A stretch of 64,000 nucleotides of DNA, from the NCBI GenBank assembly GCA_964016885.1, contig OZ024743.1, forward strand, positions 367,784,001 to 367,848,000. Direction: 5' to 3'. Under the pieces are notes generated by a model, which was not told the origin of the DNA, did not search any database, and worked only from the letters and a program-made list of their open reading frames with translations. This document shows positions 1 to 13,009 of the stretch, piece after piece. Both the position numbers and the translations under genes were made by a program. Source of the stretch: Eledone cirrhosa. Taxonomy: Eukaryota. Within the stretch, counting starts at the first letter, position 1, and each line of letters begins with the position of its first letter.

Positions 1-1325
1 AATGGTTGAGGAGCTTGGCCGCCGGGGTCTCCAGGTCAATAGCTCCAAATGTGAGCTCTGGATTCTCAACCACGCGGCTTCTCAACACCAACATTCCTAT
101 TCCTAAGATTCTGTATCTACTCAGGGTCAGCCCCTCTCACAGTTTTCCGTCCTGCCTCCAACACTTTGACGACCTAATCTTCGAGAGACTTGAGTGCCTG
201 GACAATGTTAGACTCACCCCAGAGTCCCACAATCAGGTTGCGTTGCCCAAGGGATTTGGGGGTTTGGTCTTTGTAAGTGTTCATCCCTCTCTCTCCCCTG
301 CTTCCTTTCCTCCACCCATGCCTGCTCCACCCTGGTGAGCAGCATCCTCTCCTCTCCAACATGGACTAGGTCCAACAGGGAGTTGGGTGAAGCTCTCCAG
401 CAATGGAGTGAGTTGGGCTTGTCTCTACCTGAGAAGGTGGAGGACTGTCGAAGTCAGAGAACTTGGGACAGCATAAGTTCGAAGGCCACCTTCGACTCCC
501 TCTTCATCCAGTCGGATCAGTTTGCAAGGTGCCGCTTACTATCTGCCAGCGCCAAATACTCAGGCGACTAGGTTGATGCCCTACCCGTGGTCAATGTTGG
601 TGGCCTACTCAGCCTGGACGAACTTTGTGTCTCCATCGCCCTCCGAGTGGGAGCTGATGTCTGCATGGGTTTGAGGTGCCGATGTGGCAAACTCCTCAAC
701 TCCACAGGCCTCCACGGTCTTTCTTGCCGCCTGAATGCCAGCCGCTTCATGCGTCACATGGAGCTAAACCTCATTCTCAAGAGAGCTTTGGCCCGGGCGA
801 ACATCCCCTCAATCTTAGAACCATTGGGGTTGTCCAGAAGTGATGGCAAAAGAGCTGATGGCCTTACCCTGTGCCCCTGGTTGAGAGGCAGGTGCTGTAT
901 CTGGGATGTCACTATTAGTGACTCTTTTGCTTCTTCCCACATCCTGGATGCTGCGGTTAGGACGTGAGCCACAGCTTCCGCAGCCGAGCGGAGTAAGATC
1001 CTCAAATACTGTGAGCTGTCGGCCAGCTACATTTTTTAGCCTGTGGCTTTTGAGACGTTTGGGGGAGTTGGGCTGCTGACTGCGAGGTTCCTCTCTTCAC
1101 TGGCGGCTCACCTAATGGAGGTAACTGGCGAACCTCGCGAGGGTGCTCCATTGTTCCAGCGCATTAGCCTTGCCATCACCCGAGGCAACGCTGCGAGTAT
1201 GCTGGTTTAACTAAAAAATCATTAGAGAGGTTGCCCGCTACTCCTCGTGATGTTGTTGTCTTTTGCTCTGGTGTTGGCTCAGTTGTTCACCCCTTCCTTT
1301 ACATTTTCTTTAATATTAAAAAAAA
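1..1325 (+). mobile_element. Decayed CRE-like (RLE) non-LTR retrotransposon, 3' half: RT thumb, CCHC knuckle, PD-(D/E)xK endonuclease
   Basis: Broken frames give QVALPKGFGGL, CRCGKLLNSTGLHGLSC..RH, RADGLTLCPW..WDVT and AERSKILKY..PVAFETFGG..LFQRISLAITRGNA. These match CRE-clade C-termini as I recall them. Stops and frameshifts present; A-run near 1318-1325. Confidence 0.75.
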
Positions 1326-2000
1326 GATATCCTTCTGAAAGAATCGCAAGCAATTTATAATGTTATCTATGCATTTGTAATGTTATTTATGTATATATTT
1401 AAAACATATTTGTTATGTCATTCTACTGTAAATTTATCTATATGCTTTGTATAATAAAAATTTGAATACATTACATACAGAACAACATAAATATTCAAAA
1501 AATGCAAAAACAGGAAACAAAATATATGCCTTAACCCTTCCCATGATTTAAATCTTTATTCTGATGTACCAGAATTTTCACCAACCTTATAAATAAGGGT
1601 TTCCTAAAAAAATCATAGAGATATCAAGATATTTAATATATAAATAGCATTATGGTGAGCTGCAATTACACACTGAATTTCTTTTTATTTCAAGAGCTTG
1701 TATAAAAAGAAAGAGAACATTTCCAGTATGAACATACAAATCTAAGTGCAACATTCCTAATACAAGACCCTTACTGAAGTATCAGTTTATCAAGCTAAAG
1801 ATTCTCACAACACATGAATTCATTCAAATACTCAGAAACACCTCACCACTCCTCTGTGTATTGATATCATCTATTAAGAGACCTTATTATAAATCTATTA
1901 ATCCATTATAGAATAGATGTCCCCTTACAAAAATTGTTTCAAAATATGTGATAACTGTCTAACATTTTATTATAGCCCTTTATTTTTGAAATAAAAATTC

Positions 2001-2070
2001 CTATGAGGAAATGAACCCCATATTTTCCAGATACCGGTATCTGGAAAATATGGGGTTCATTTCCTCATAG
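2001..2070. repeat. Perfect 70-bp palindrome with no spacer
   Basis: ctatgaggaaatgaaccccatattttccagatac-cg-gtatctggaaaatatggggttcatttcctcatag equals its own reverse complement. Confidence 0.95.
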
Positions 2071-2164
2071 CAGCCGATGACAACTTCTTTTTCTCTTTCA
2101 AGAGTATTAACCCTATTTTATAAGCTTTTATAGCATTTCTGCACTTCAGCAATTTCTTTATACT

Positions 2165-2196
<32 letters not shown>

Positions 2197-2601
2197 TATT
2201 CTCAGTGCTTCAAAAAGCCAAAAATTCAGCTTTGTACATTGTTTGTTTACACATGTGTACTTGCTGACATCTGAAAGCTGTTGTCCAGCTCCTTGGTTAA
2301 AATGACAGGAAATATTTCATCAAAGGCTCCTTACTGGTTAAAGTGTCTAGCCTGTATCTGGATGATATGGAGTTCAATTCCTCATAGCGGCTGATGGTAA
2401 TCTCCTTTTCCATCTTTATAGCATTTCTCTGCTTCAGCACTTTCTTTATACTTATATATATACATATATAGATATGTTAGTTAGATGTCAAAAAAGAGTC
2501 ATACCTGTCACCTTGATTGTACCTTGAGCTGATCAATATCAAAACAATTGTAATATGTAAATAAAGTTTGTACATATTCTGCAACACTGACTTTGACTCT
2601 T

Positions 2602-2607
<6 letters not shown>

Positions 2608-2698
<91 letters not shown>

Positions 2699-2864
2699 TG
2701 TATGTATGTATGTATGTATGTATGTATGTATGTATGTATGTATGTATATGTATGTATATATATATGTATGTATATATATATATATATGTATGTATATATA
2801 TATATATGTATGTATATATATATATATGTATGTATATATATATATGTATGTATATATATATATG

Positions 2865-2950
<86 letters not shown>

Positions 2951-2977
2951 CATATACATACATACATACATATACAT
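2608..2977. repeat. Compound microsatellite (TC)n(TA)n(TATG)n
   Basis: Seen directly; source of the IYIY/MYVC pseudo-ORFs. Confidence 0.97.
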
Positions 2978-3354
2978 GTGATGTGCATGGATGATGATCG
3001 ATGGATGAAGAAGTGACAGGAAATGCCAGTGGATGGAAGCCACAGGAAAAAAAAAAATATTTATAGACACACATGCATGCATATGTAGGCATATATGTGT
3101 ATAGGATACATGAAGCATAATGTAATCTTTAATAATGACTGCTGTCATTTTTCACTGGATTGTTGAAATGGATCACAGTTTACATTTCTGCTCTTTTAAT
3201 GTTAAAGAAATGATTTGTGCAACAATCTGATATTTCATATTTTTGCTCCTTTCAGCATTGTGTGTTCGGATTTGTCAGCAGTTTTGAAATGTATATTTAT
3301 ATTGATTCCATCGTGAATATCTCCCTGTTTTAAACTGATTCACTTTCAAATGTA

Positions 3355-3792
3355 TAGTCTTTTATTCTTTGACTAGTTTTAGTCATTAGACTGCAGCTGT
3401 GCTGAGTTCTCACCTCCCAGGGTTTTAGTTAATCATATTGACTCCAGTAGTTAGTTTTACCAATCTGGTACCTATTTTACTGATCTCATTTTGTTGAATC
3501 ACTAGATTACGGAATATAAACAAACATTACTGGTTGATAAGTGGTATATATCACACACATACACACAAACACATGTTCACACACACACATACACACACAC
3601 ATACACACACATAAACACACATATATATGCATATTCTGTACTGTTTTCCATTTAACAAATTTCATTCACAAGGCATTGGGCAGCCTGAAGCTATAATAGG
3701 TGACACATATTCAAAGTACCATGTAGTGTGACTGAACCTGAAATCACATGATTGTGAAAAAACAACTTCTTAACCACATAGCCATGCCTGCA
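3355..3792 (-). mobile_element. Old tRNA-derived SINE with internal (CA)n
   Basis: Minus strand begins tgcaggcatggctatgtggttaagaag (A-box-like) followed by ggttcagtc (B-box-like). A related head lies at about 47770-47905. Confidence 0.6.
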
Positions 3793-3954
3793 TACAACCA
3801 CATAAGTTCACTGACATTCATCATATATTGGTTCATTCATGCCGAGGTTAATCATCTCACCTGTTTTTCATTCTCTTCATTTTAATCAAACACATATAGA
3901 CTAAAAGATTTTTGTCAATATTTCACCTTTGTTGGATAACCTACATTTAACAAT

Positions 3955-4442
3955 AAAGTGGTACCCGGCGTTGCACGGGATAAGGTATTTTGGAACGTGG
4001 GCCGCCAACAGACCTAATCGTGGAAAAAATGATGCCTGGACAATATATAAAGAAAATAAACTGAATACTCTGATGGCTGGATAATCTTTAATATTTTCCT
4101 CGATGAAGCAGGAAAAATGCAGGTTTTCACCTAATGCGAGCCCTAGGGGATCAAGAAAATGAATTTTTTTTATGTACATAATATGCCTTGAAATTTCTGG
4201 AAAATCGGCTAGACTTAACGTCTCAAAAGGCCCCTAAAAAGCTGAAAAAAACGCAGTTTTTCACCTAATGCGGGCCCTAGGGGATCAAAAAGTTGAATTT
4301 TTTTATGTGCATAACACTCCCTGAAACATAAGTAATACACATGTAAAGTTTGAAAAAAATCGGTTGGGTACTTCTCGACTTTTAAGGATTCAAACTCACA
4401 GACACACACACAGACAGACATTCTCAGTTTTATATATATAGA
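3955..4442 (-). mobile_element. Non-autonomous Helitron-like element
   Basis: Minus-strand 5' end A|TCTATATATATAAAA followed by (GTCT/GT)n. A GC-rich hairpin cccggcgttgcacggg at 3964-3979 is near the 3' end, but the terminal CTAG is eroded. Internal ~60-bp duplication at 4119-4180 and 4252-4314. Confidence 0.6.
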
Positions 4443-4479
4443 TAATAAATTTATTGTTATAATTTATATTATCATTGGT

Positions 4480-4656
4480 GGTTTGGCAGTATCGGTAGAG
4501 GGTCGGACGTCATGTTTAGAGTTACGGCCCTTTCCATTCTGAGTTCAAATCCTGCCAAGGTTAACTTTACCTTTCATCCTTACGGGGTCGATAAAATAAA
4601 GTACCAGTAATGCACTGGGTAATTTCTGGCCTTGTGCCAAAAGTAGAAACAATTAT
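4480..4656 (+). mobile_element. tRNA-derived SINE (here family S1)
   Basis: A-box TGGCAGTATCGG, B-box GTTCAAATCC, core CCTTTCATCCTTACGGGGTCGATAAAATAAAGTACCAG, tail gtagaaacaattat. About 12 copies in the window. Confidence 0.85.
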
Positions 4657-5037
4657 AATTTATAGCTGAATGTATGTCTTTCAGCAAAAGGGAAATAATA
4701 ACAACCGACTCCTGGATCAACTAATATACATTAAGTATTGAGGAATTCTGAATAGCAATTATTTCTGCCTCTTATTGTATTGTATATATACTGGAATATG
4801 CAAGACAGCACTAGATGTCAGCCTTTCAATATTCCTAGCTAGGCTTTCCAAATGTTTATTTATTAAACATGCCATAGATAATTAGATATATGAAATTCAC
4901 TAACTTATATGTATATAGCTATGTTGGAGCTAAAATTTTCATTTTTTCAGTTGAGCCAACTTATACTTCATATGCAACTGAGGTTAATCAGCCAATCTAC
5001 ATCGGCGAAAAAACTATATATTTTCGCCTGTTTCAAG

Positions 5038-5127
5038 TTCCAGCAGAGAGCAGGGGAAACACTGTTCTGATGATAGCCAGAGCCTGAAATGTACATTGAC
5101 AGTTGTCCCTCACTGTCTCTGCTGGAA
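5038..5127 (+). ncRNA. Minimal type I hammerhead-ribozyme-like motif on a long stem (degenerate)
   Basis: actgtt-CTGATGA-tagccagagcct-GAAA-tgtaca-tt-gacagt, with a palindromic stem III and outer stem ttccagcagag/ctctgctggaa. Confidence 0.6.
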
Positions 5128-5425
5128 TCAGCTAGACGGTGCTAGCTGTCAGCCTTAGAAATCTCAAACTAAGAAAATAACTGTAGATTACTATAAATAA
5201 TAGCTTAGAAAATTGAGTAAATTGGTCAGCAGGTGTTATTAAGACCCAAACTTCATATATTTATATATGTATATAAGGTAAATTATATGAGTTGATGATA
5301 CAACCGTATAAGGCATTCAGATATTTAAAGCTCTAATGTAATTTTCTCAATATCCAGATTGGCGCAAGACAGTTCATAGATAAATCCAATTAGTATATTC
5401 CTGGTCCTCGTAGATTTGCAAATCA

Positions 5426-6079
5426 CATCATCATCATCACCATTTTACATCCATTCTTTCATGCTAGCATGGGTTAGACGGGTTGTCCTGTTGAGGCAAT
5501 GCCAGGTCAGGTGACCATGTCTTGCTCATACAGAACTGATTTGGGCTTGATTTCTACAGCTGGATGCCTTTCCTCATTTACAGTGAGTACTGGGTGCTTT
5601 TTACTGTGGCACCTACATGACCATTTTACAGTGTTGTCTGGGTGCTTTTTGTCATGACACCTATGGCGACCACTTTACAATGGGAGGAGGTGGGGGAATA
5701 CTGTCTATATGCTTTAGCTTTGGCTTGTACCTGTGGGAAGTCGGGTCTTCTGTATTACTGCGTAATGCCAGAGGTCTCTGTCCTGTGTCATTGTCTTTGA
5801 GAGGTGCAATTGGGCAAGATCAGCTTTTATCACCTCATCCCAGGTCTTCTTGGATCTCCCCACTCCAAGGCTTCCATCGACTTTTAGTGCCCTGTATCTT
5901 TTTATGCAGCTGTCATCCTCCATACACATCACATGTCCATACCAACGTAATCTCCTCTCCTGCACACAGCATTTGTTTCCTCTTAAGCTTAGTCTCTCTT
6001 TCAATTCGTTTATGCTTTGCTGTTCACATCCATCAGAACATGCAAGCTTCATTTCTTTCTAATCTAAGCAAGTCTTCTA
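5426..6079 (-). mobile_element. 5'-truncated older RTE copy (subfamily A-like)
   Basis: ORF 5714-6052 reads QERRLRWYGHV. The 3' UTR and (CAT)n tail match the 17-kb element. Confidence 0.85.
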
Positions 6080-6194
6080 TAGAATGAAAGGATCACCAAG
6101 TTTTAATATTTACCAAATATTTTATTAAATCTTCATCCATGACGATTTGAAAAATGTAAACAAAGTTTATTTTCGTTCGGTAATAGCATTAAAG

Positions 6195-6545
6195 TTATGG
6201 AAGGCTATAAGAGTAGGAATTATTTTAACAGTGTAGAGGGTCTTTGGACTATTGTTACTTGACAGAGTGCATATCTCAGAGATGAAAGTCACTCCAGGTA
6301 GAGCTGCTAATTCTCTGAATTGAGAGATCTATGGGCATATGGTTAGAATATCTCAGGAAAGAATCGCTGAACATATTTTATGGGCAAAACTAATTGGCAG
6401 GAGATCCATGAGCTTGGCTGGTCCTGCTGGGGGATCAAGCTGGATCAGTTGGGGATGGTTGCTTCTGACAGGACCCGCTGGAAGGAGTGTTTGAGGATTC
6501 TGCCCCCACGACCCCCTCAGGAATAAGTGGGTGAAGAAGAAGATT
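6195..6545 (+). mobile_element. Expander/Rex3-like RTE 3' fragment
   Basis: Paralogous to 30574-30955. Ends ..ctgcccccacgaccc..gaagaaga, a LPPRP-type C-terminus. Confidence 0.6.
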
Positions 6546-7869
6546 AAAGACTGTATGAATATGAAAATTGAATTAGAAGCTTTTAGAAAATAGTCTAATA
6601 ATACTATTTTCTAAAAGGAAAAAATGGGCATCAACACCAAACCCACATTCTTATTGTCTGGATAAGATTGCTTGACTGTTTACACCAACAAGTATATGCC
6701 CTGTTATTAGACTATTTTCTGTAGTCAAAATACGTCAAAAGCTTCTAGTTCAATTGTCAAATTTTCAATCACCAGCATATTCTAAACAGATGTGCTTATT
6801 TACATATTAATTATTAAATAATTTCAGTATATAATTATACATAAACAAAGATAACTTACCTACAAATTCTATAATCCAAATTCTTTTTCCCTTTATTATT
6901 ATATTTTCATAATACTACTGTTTTCCTAGAATATTTTTTCCTTTGATATAATATATACTTTTGAATTAGTCCCTATCTTAATTGGTTATAAGCAGCATAG
7001 AGACTGAATAACAGTCAATTTTTGTTTTGATTTTTTACCAATCTAATTACGCTATATTTTAAATAATTTATGAAACGTTTAAACCAACTGTAATGTTTTC
7101 TCCCAACTGATCTGTCCAGCTCGTTGTCTACCCACCATATCAGGAAAAAATTATACATCTCCTATGTACTTTGTCTGAAGAGGACATGTTTTGCTTTATG
7201 TTATACATAAAACTTTACACCTTCGAAATATATAGAGATGATATAAGGTATTTATCTTTTGTTTATTACTATTGTTAATTCACTTCAAAATATTTTTAAA
7301 AAATCATGTTCACTTAAAAATAATTTTTAAATAATTAAAATATACATAGACTTGTATATAATGTGAAATGAAACTGGAAGGCCCATATATATATATGTGT
7401 GTGTGTATGTATATATATAAATGTGTGTGTGTATACATATATATATATGTATGTGTGTGTATATATATATATGTGGGTGTCTGTGATCTATATGCACTGG
7501 TCATAGACACACATACACATATATACACACACACACACATATATATATACACACACACTCACATATATATATACACAACACCACCACCAGCCCTCTTCCA
7601 TTTTCCTTCCCTGTCTCCTCTCCCTCTCTCTATGTTTCTCTTTGAATCTACTCTGTTACAACCACTATCTCTTCCTCTCTATCTTTCTCTCTCTTTGTTT
7701 ATGGAAGAAAAACCCCATATCTTGGGAACCTGTGGTCCGATTTATGCAAAACTTGTTTTATCCCATTTGTATTCCCATTTCAGGGGTAACTTTCTTTCAA
7801 AGTATTTTTCCCATTATGCACCCTTTTGGCTGTATTACATTACAGACAAGCAAGCAAGCAATCACTGAC

Positions 7870-7901
<32 letters not shown>

Positions 7902-7905
7902 ATAT

Positions 7906-8340
7906 CATCATCATCATTGTTTAACATCCACTTTCCTGCTAGCAAGGGTTGGTCGGGTCTACATAGACCAAGTCAGTACTGAAGCAGGGCTTCTGACCTC
8001 CCAGATAGGCCAAGGGGTTTTTATGTAGATCACCAGCACTGTCATGTCCTTAACACAACTAACGGGTCCTCCCAACCCTTTGTTTGACAAACTTTCTACA
8101 GCTAGATGCCCTTCCTATCCCCAACCACTTTACAGCATGTACTGGGTGTGTTTATCATGTAGATCTATCATGTAGAACACTAGAGATGTTGTTGTCTCTT
8201 TTGCACAACTAAAGGGCCCTTTCAACTCTTTTAGATATAGTTTCTACAATGGGGTGCCCTTCCTGTTGCCAACACCCCATATGGATTGTACCGGGTGCAT
8301 TTTCATGTCACCGTCACTAGAGAGGTTGTTCAGTCATAGA
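7906..8340 (-). mobile_element. Non-coding RTE-tailed element with internal subrepeats
   Basis: (CAT)n tail in (TA)n, terminal hairpin ccttgctagcagg, and two copies of the tttctaca..tgcccttcct..ccaac motif. Confidence 0.55.
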
Positions 8341-9303
8341 CCCCACAGTAGAGCCCTCTCTATTTTGTGGGGGTGGGCATAGGGGAGAGAGACAGGTATA
8401 TGTGGTAATTTGGCAGGGTGATGAGTAAGGGATAGGGATGGCTGATTAGTGAATGGGGAAAGGCGGGATGTAGTGGTGTGAGGGATGTGGTCAATAGGGA
8501 AGGGGTATGATGTAGAGATAAGTAAGGGTAAGGGGTAGGGTATGGAGAGGGATTAGTGTATGGAGAGAGGGGATGTAGTGATGTGGGGTTTGTGGTCCAT
8601 AGAGTGTGTGTGGGGTGATGTAGAGATAAGGGCTGATAGTGGGGAGAATGAAATTGAAAATATGGAATTATTTTTGTTGATCTATTCCCCTTCCAGTTGT
8701 CATATTAATAAAAAGAACCAGAAAACATTTAAGGGATCCTAGCACTAGCCTCTGTAGAAAATTTAGTGTAGGAATTCTGTTTCTATTTTATTTCTCTACT
8801 GTATGGTGGAAAAGGTGAGCAAAACCATATCTTTCTTCTTAGTGAGTCACATCTATATGTAGGAAATATATTAGTGCATTGCATGAGTAAATACAACACA
8901 CACACACATGTACACATATATGTATGTAGAGACAGTATCCTGAAAGAATGCATCCATTTTTTCTATTCTGTGTCATATGCTATGATGGTAATTCTACTCA
9001 GATTCAAATGTTTATGAACATTTTTTTTTTGTTCAAACTACTTTCATTTGGTTTTAGACTACAAGTATAAACTCGTGTGTATAAAGTGGATAAAAATATA
9101 CACCAATTCATTGTATTTTCTTGGCTTTTTGCCTTCTCAGAATTTCACTAGAGACCCAGTCATTCTGTAATGAATACATGAACTGATTTTAAACAGTTTT
9201 CCTTTAACAAATGTAAATTTGAATGGTCCATTCATTTTAATTCACTAAAGGGAGAATCTATTTTATATCTAGTTACTTCATTCATAGCAATCATTATCAA
9301 ATA

Positions 9304-9774
9304 CTAGCAGAAAACCACCGTTCGGGAGGTTTTCTGCTAGCATGTGTAGTGTGTATATTTATATTATACACAAATATATATGCATGTCGATATGATACAT
9401 CAAATAAAATCGTAATTAACAATATCCACAGATATTGAACAAAGTCTGTAATCAGTAAAGTAATCCATGAGACATTTCAAAAAGATGATATTATATATAA
9501 ACTACATTAGGAGAAAATTAGTGATGGAAATATTTCCGTGAATGTTTATTTAAGCGATCGCTAACCGGAAGTGTTGACATTTGAACATTTTAAAGAAGTG
9601 AATCTTTAAATAAGCAATAAAATATATTTAATCAAGAGTTACGAAATTTAGTAGATAAATTATGTAATATTCATTCATTATTTACTCAAAGTAATCCAAC
9701 TTATTTTACAAACGGGATAAAAAAATATATATTCTGGACGCAGTCCCACACTCCTTTCTTTATTATAGTTAAGA
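9304..9774 (-). mobile_element. Non-autonomous Helitron with both ends
   Basis: Minus strand has 5' A|TCTTAACTATAATAAAG and a 3' hairpin ending CTAG|T. The 3' ~120 bp recur at 58599-58720. Confidence 0.75.
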
Positions 9775-10035
9775 TAACAAAAATACAGCATCATCTTTTT
9801 CGTGTTTTAATGTTCTAATAATGAAGTTAAAAGGAAACATTTTAAATGTAAATTCAATTATATATGTATATATTTATGTATGTATTATTTATTATTTATT
9901 TATTTATTTGCATTCCAGCATAAAGGACCTTTCCCTATATCAAGCGTAAAACTAATATATTTCATAATTGTATTATATTGTTTTGTTGTTTCTGTTTGCA
10001 TTTTGTATACATATATATATATATATATACATACA

Positions 10036-10200
10036 TGATGAAGGGTAATGACCCAGAAACATGTTGATTGTTCCTGGATGCTTAAAAAACAGATGGTGAT
10101 AGCCATCAGGGAACAGCATAGCCTTGGAAAGTCACTTGCTTGCAAACGAATCGAATATTATTATTATTCAATATAACCCATGCCTACGTATGTATATATA
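10036..10200 (+). mobile_element. Hammerhead-core short element, 5'-truncated; empty-site paralog of 13190-13640
   Basis: TGATGA-agggtaatgaccc-a-GAAA-catg-tt-gattg, then gcaaacgaatcgaatattattatt. Confidence 0.6.
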
Positions 10201-10210
10201 TATGAGTGTA

Positions 10211-10283
<73 letters not shown>

Positions 10284-10790
10284 CACAAATTTGAATAATT
10301 TTGAAAACCATACAATGCACTAGAAAGAAAATCAAGTATGCTAAGATAACGAAAGTATCTTACCTTAGCAAATTTGATAACCCAAACATTTTCGGGTTTA
10401 AAAACCCATTATCAAGGGAGTATCCCTATGAGAGACTTAAAAGATCGATCGAAGTTGACTTGTTTGTTTAGAAAGCAAATTTAAGTTAAATGCAATGAAA
10501 AAATGTTAAAATTTCAAACGTGCACATTGTGAAATGTATGATTATATGCATGTGTGTGCGTGAATGTAAGTGTGCTTAGTGGGATGTATGTATGTGTGTG
10601 CATGAATGTAAGTTTATGTAGTGAAAGGTGTGTGCGAAAATGTATAAAATAAAACGGGGAAAATATGTGTGATTTTCTTTCTAGTGCATTGTATGGTTTT
10701 CAAAATTATTTAAATTTGTATTTGGGTTCCCTATTCAACAATCCTTCAAGCAAACTACAACAACACTCTGTTATATATATATATATATAT

Positions 10791-12441
10791 TGCTACAAGG
10801 GTAAAGGAGATGCCCTAGATAGGGGAAACTATAGAGGCATTAAATTAATTGACCAGGTCATGAAGGTCACAGAAAAAATAATAGCACAACTAATCAGAGA
10901 GAAAATTGATCTAGATGAAATGCAGTTCGGGTTTGTGTCAGGTAAAAGTACCACAGACACTCTTTTCATTGTACGACAACTACAGGAGAAGAACCTAGCT
11001 AAAAGTAAACCCCTATAATTAGCTTTTGTTGACTTGGAGAAAGCCTTTGACAGAGTCCCACGCCCCATTATCTGGTGGGCTCTCAGAAAACTAGGTGTTG
11101 GTGAATGGCTTGTGAGAGCTATACAAGCCATGTATAAAGAAACAGTCAGCAAGGTTAGAATTAACAAGGAATATAGTGAAGAGTTTAGCGTAAAAGTTGG
11201 TGTTCATCAGGGCTCCGTCCTTAGCCCCCTCCTATTTATTATTGCCCTTCAGGCTATAACAGAGGAGCTCAAGACCGGCTACCCATGGGAACTCCTATAC
11301 GCAGATGATCTAACGCTCATAGCTGAATCAATGGCTGAACTAGAGAAGAAATTCCAAACATGGAAGCATGGCCTAGAATCAAAAGGCCTTAAAATTAACC
11401 TGTCTAAGACTAAAGTTCTAGTATGTAGGAAGGAAAATAGGGCACTGGTCCCATCTGGGAAATGGCCATGCTCAGTGTGTAGGAAAGGAGTAGGCAGAAA
11501 CTCCATTTTATGTCCCAAATGCAAAGTATGTATGCATAAAAGATGTAGTGGGATCACAGGTAAGCTAACGAAGAATATAGATTTTATATGTGGCCGGTGC
11601 TCAGGTGCAATAAGTAGCAGCAAGTGCCCACAGAATACTAGCTCATTCCATTGCACAGAAGGTTCTATAGAAATAGTGGACACCTTCCGTTACCTGGGTG
11701 ACAAAATCAGCAGTGGTGGAGGGTGCACTGAAAGTACAGTAGCTAGAGCCAGAACGGGATGGAAAAAGTTCAGAGAGCTTATACCACTATTGGCTGCTAA
11801 AGGTTTCTCTCTATAAACGAAAGGCAGGCTGTATGGTGCCTGCATACGAACAGCAATGTTACATGGCAGTGAGACCTGGGCATTGTGTGCAGAGGATATA
11901 CGCAGACTGGAGAGGAACGAAGTTTGCATGCTCCGTTGGATGTGTAATAGTAATATACGTGAATGGCAAAGCATAAATGAACTAAGTGAGAAATTAGGAA
12001 TAAGAGGGATCAGATGCTGTTTACTTGAGAGAAGACTACGTTGGTATGGTCACGTGATGTGCATGAAAGACGACAGCTGTATAAAAAAGTGCAGGGCGAT
12101 AAAAATAGACACCCCCGTCCCACTACCCCACTCCATCCACACCACCCTTTTCGATGTAAAATTATGTTGGTACCACAACATCCAGTCCTAAATAAATGAG
12201 GTCGTGTAGGTATCACGACAAAAAAACACACAGTCCACGCTGAAATGTGGTCGTGTAGGTAACACGGTAAAAACTTCCCAGTCCACACTGTAAACGTGGT
12301 TGGTGTTAGGAAGGGCATCCAGCCGTAGAAAACCTGCCAGACAGTCCTATACGAGCAAGACAACCAAGCTTGCCTCAAGTGGGAAAATTCCCGTCCAAAC
12401 CCATGCTAGCGCGGAAGATGGACGATGATGATGATGATGAT
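10791..12441 (+). mobile_element. 5'-truncated RTE LINE (subfamily B) with stops and an internal deletion
   Basis: ORFs at 10665, 11034 and 11856 give NYRGIKL, DLEKAFD, GVHQGSVLSP, YADD and the PHD-type finger. (GAT)n tail, flanked by (TA)n. Confidence 0.92.
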
Positions 12442-12524
12442 ATATATAATTGGTGTTAGATGCTTAAAACATCCGTAAGCGGTAGGCCGTTTGAGCACTC
12501 GATGCTCTTCCAGAGCAGAGTATG

Positions 12525-12747
12525 ATATCACATAAGAAACAGAGAATCAGTGTTGCGATGAATAACATTTATTAGACATATTACAATTGTTTCTCTGGCG
12601 ACCAGCTCGAGGCACGATCGATGTAATGATCGAATCTGACTCTGAACTCGCAAGGTGCTTAGATACGTCTAGATTCTACGAAGCAGAGTTTCCAAATATT
12701 TTGGATATATTTGTCGCAACACTGATTCTCTGTTTCTTATGTGATAT
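12525..12747. mobile_element. MITE-like element with perfect 34-bp terminal inverted repeats
   Basis: atatcacataagaaacagagaatcagtgttgcga (12525-12558) and its exact reverse complement (12714-12747). Confidence 0.75.
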
Positions 12748-12767
12748 ATACATAATAATTTTCACTA

Positions 12768-12866
12768 GCTCTGACAGTTGGCAGGTGAACAGTGAGATGC
12801 ACTGATGAAGAGTGATGCCAAGAAACATTAGTGTCTGCAGTTCTGTTTTCAAGCCAACATAAGAGC
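12768..12866 (+). ncRNA. Hammerhead-like motif on a long stem
   Basis: tgca-CTGATGA-agagtgatgccaa-GAAA-cattagtg-TC-tgca with outer pairs gttggc/gccaac and gctct/agagc. GTC cleavage triplet retained; stem II eroded. Confidence 0.55.
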
Positions 12867-12974
12867 AAGAATGAGGGGCTCATTCTACTGACATGGCTTT
12901 AAAAAAGAGGCTGTTTGCATAATTGCAAACGAATTGAATATTATTATTAATATTCAAAAAACTCAGATTACATT

Positions 12975-13009
<35 letters not shown>

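Noticed and set aside
2477-3148. Long IYIY/MYVC ORFs (also near 7310, 23362, 30361, 41860 and 53620)
   Set aside because: Translations of stop-free microsatellites, not genes.
4480-4560. tRNA gene suggested by A/B boxes
   Set aside because: No cloverleaf or oligo-T terminator; it continues into the SINE body in many copies.
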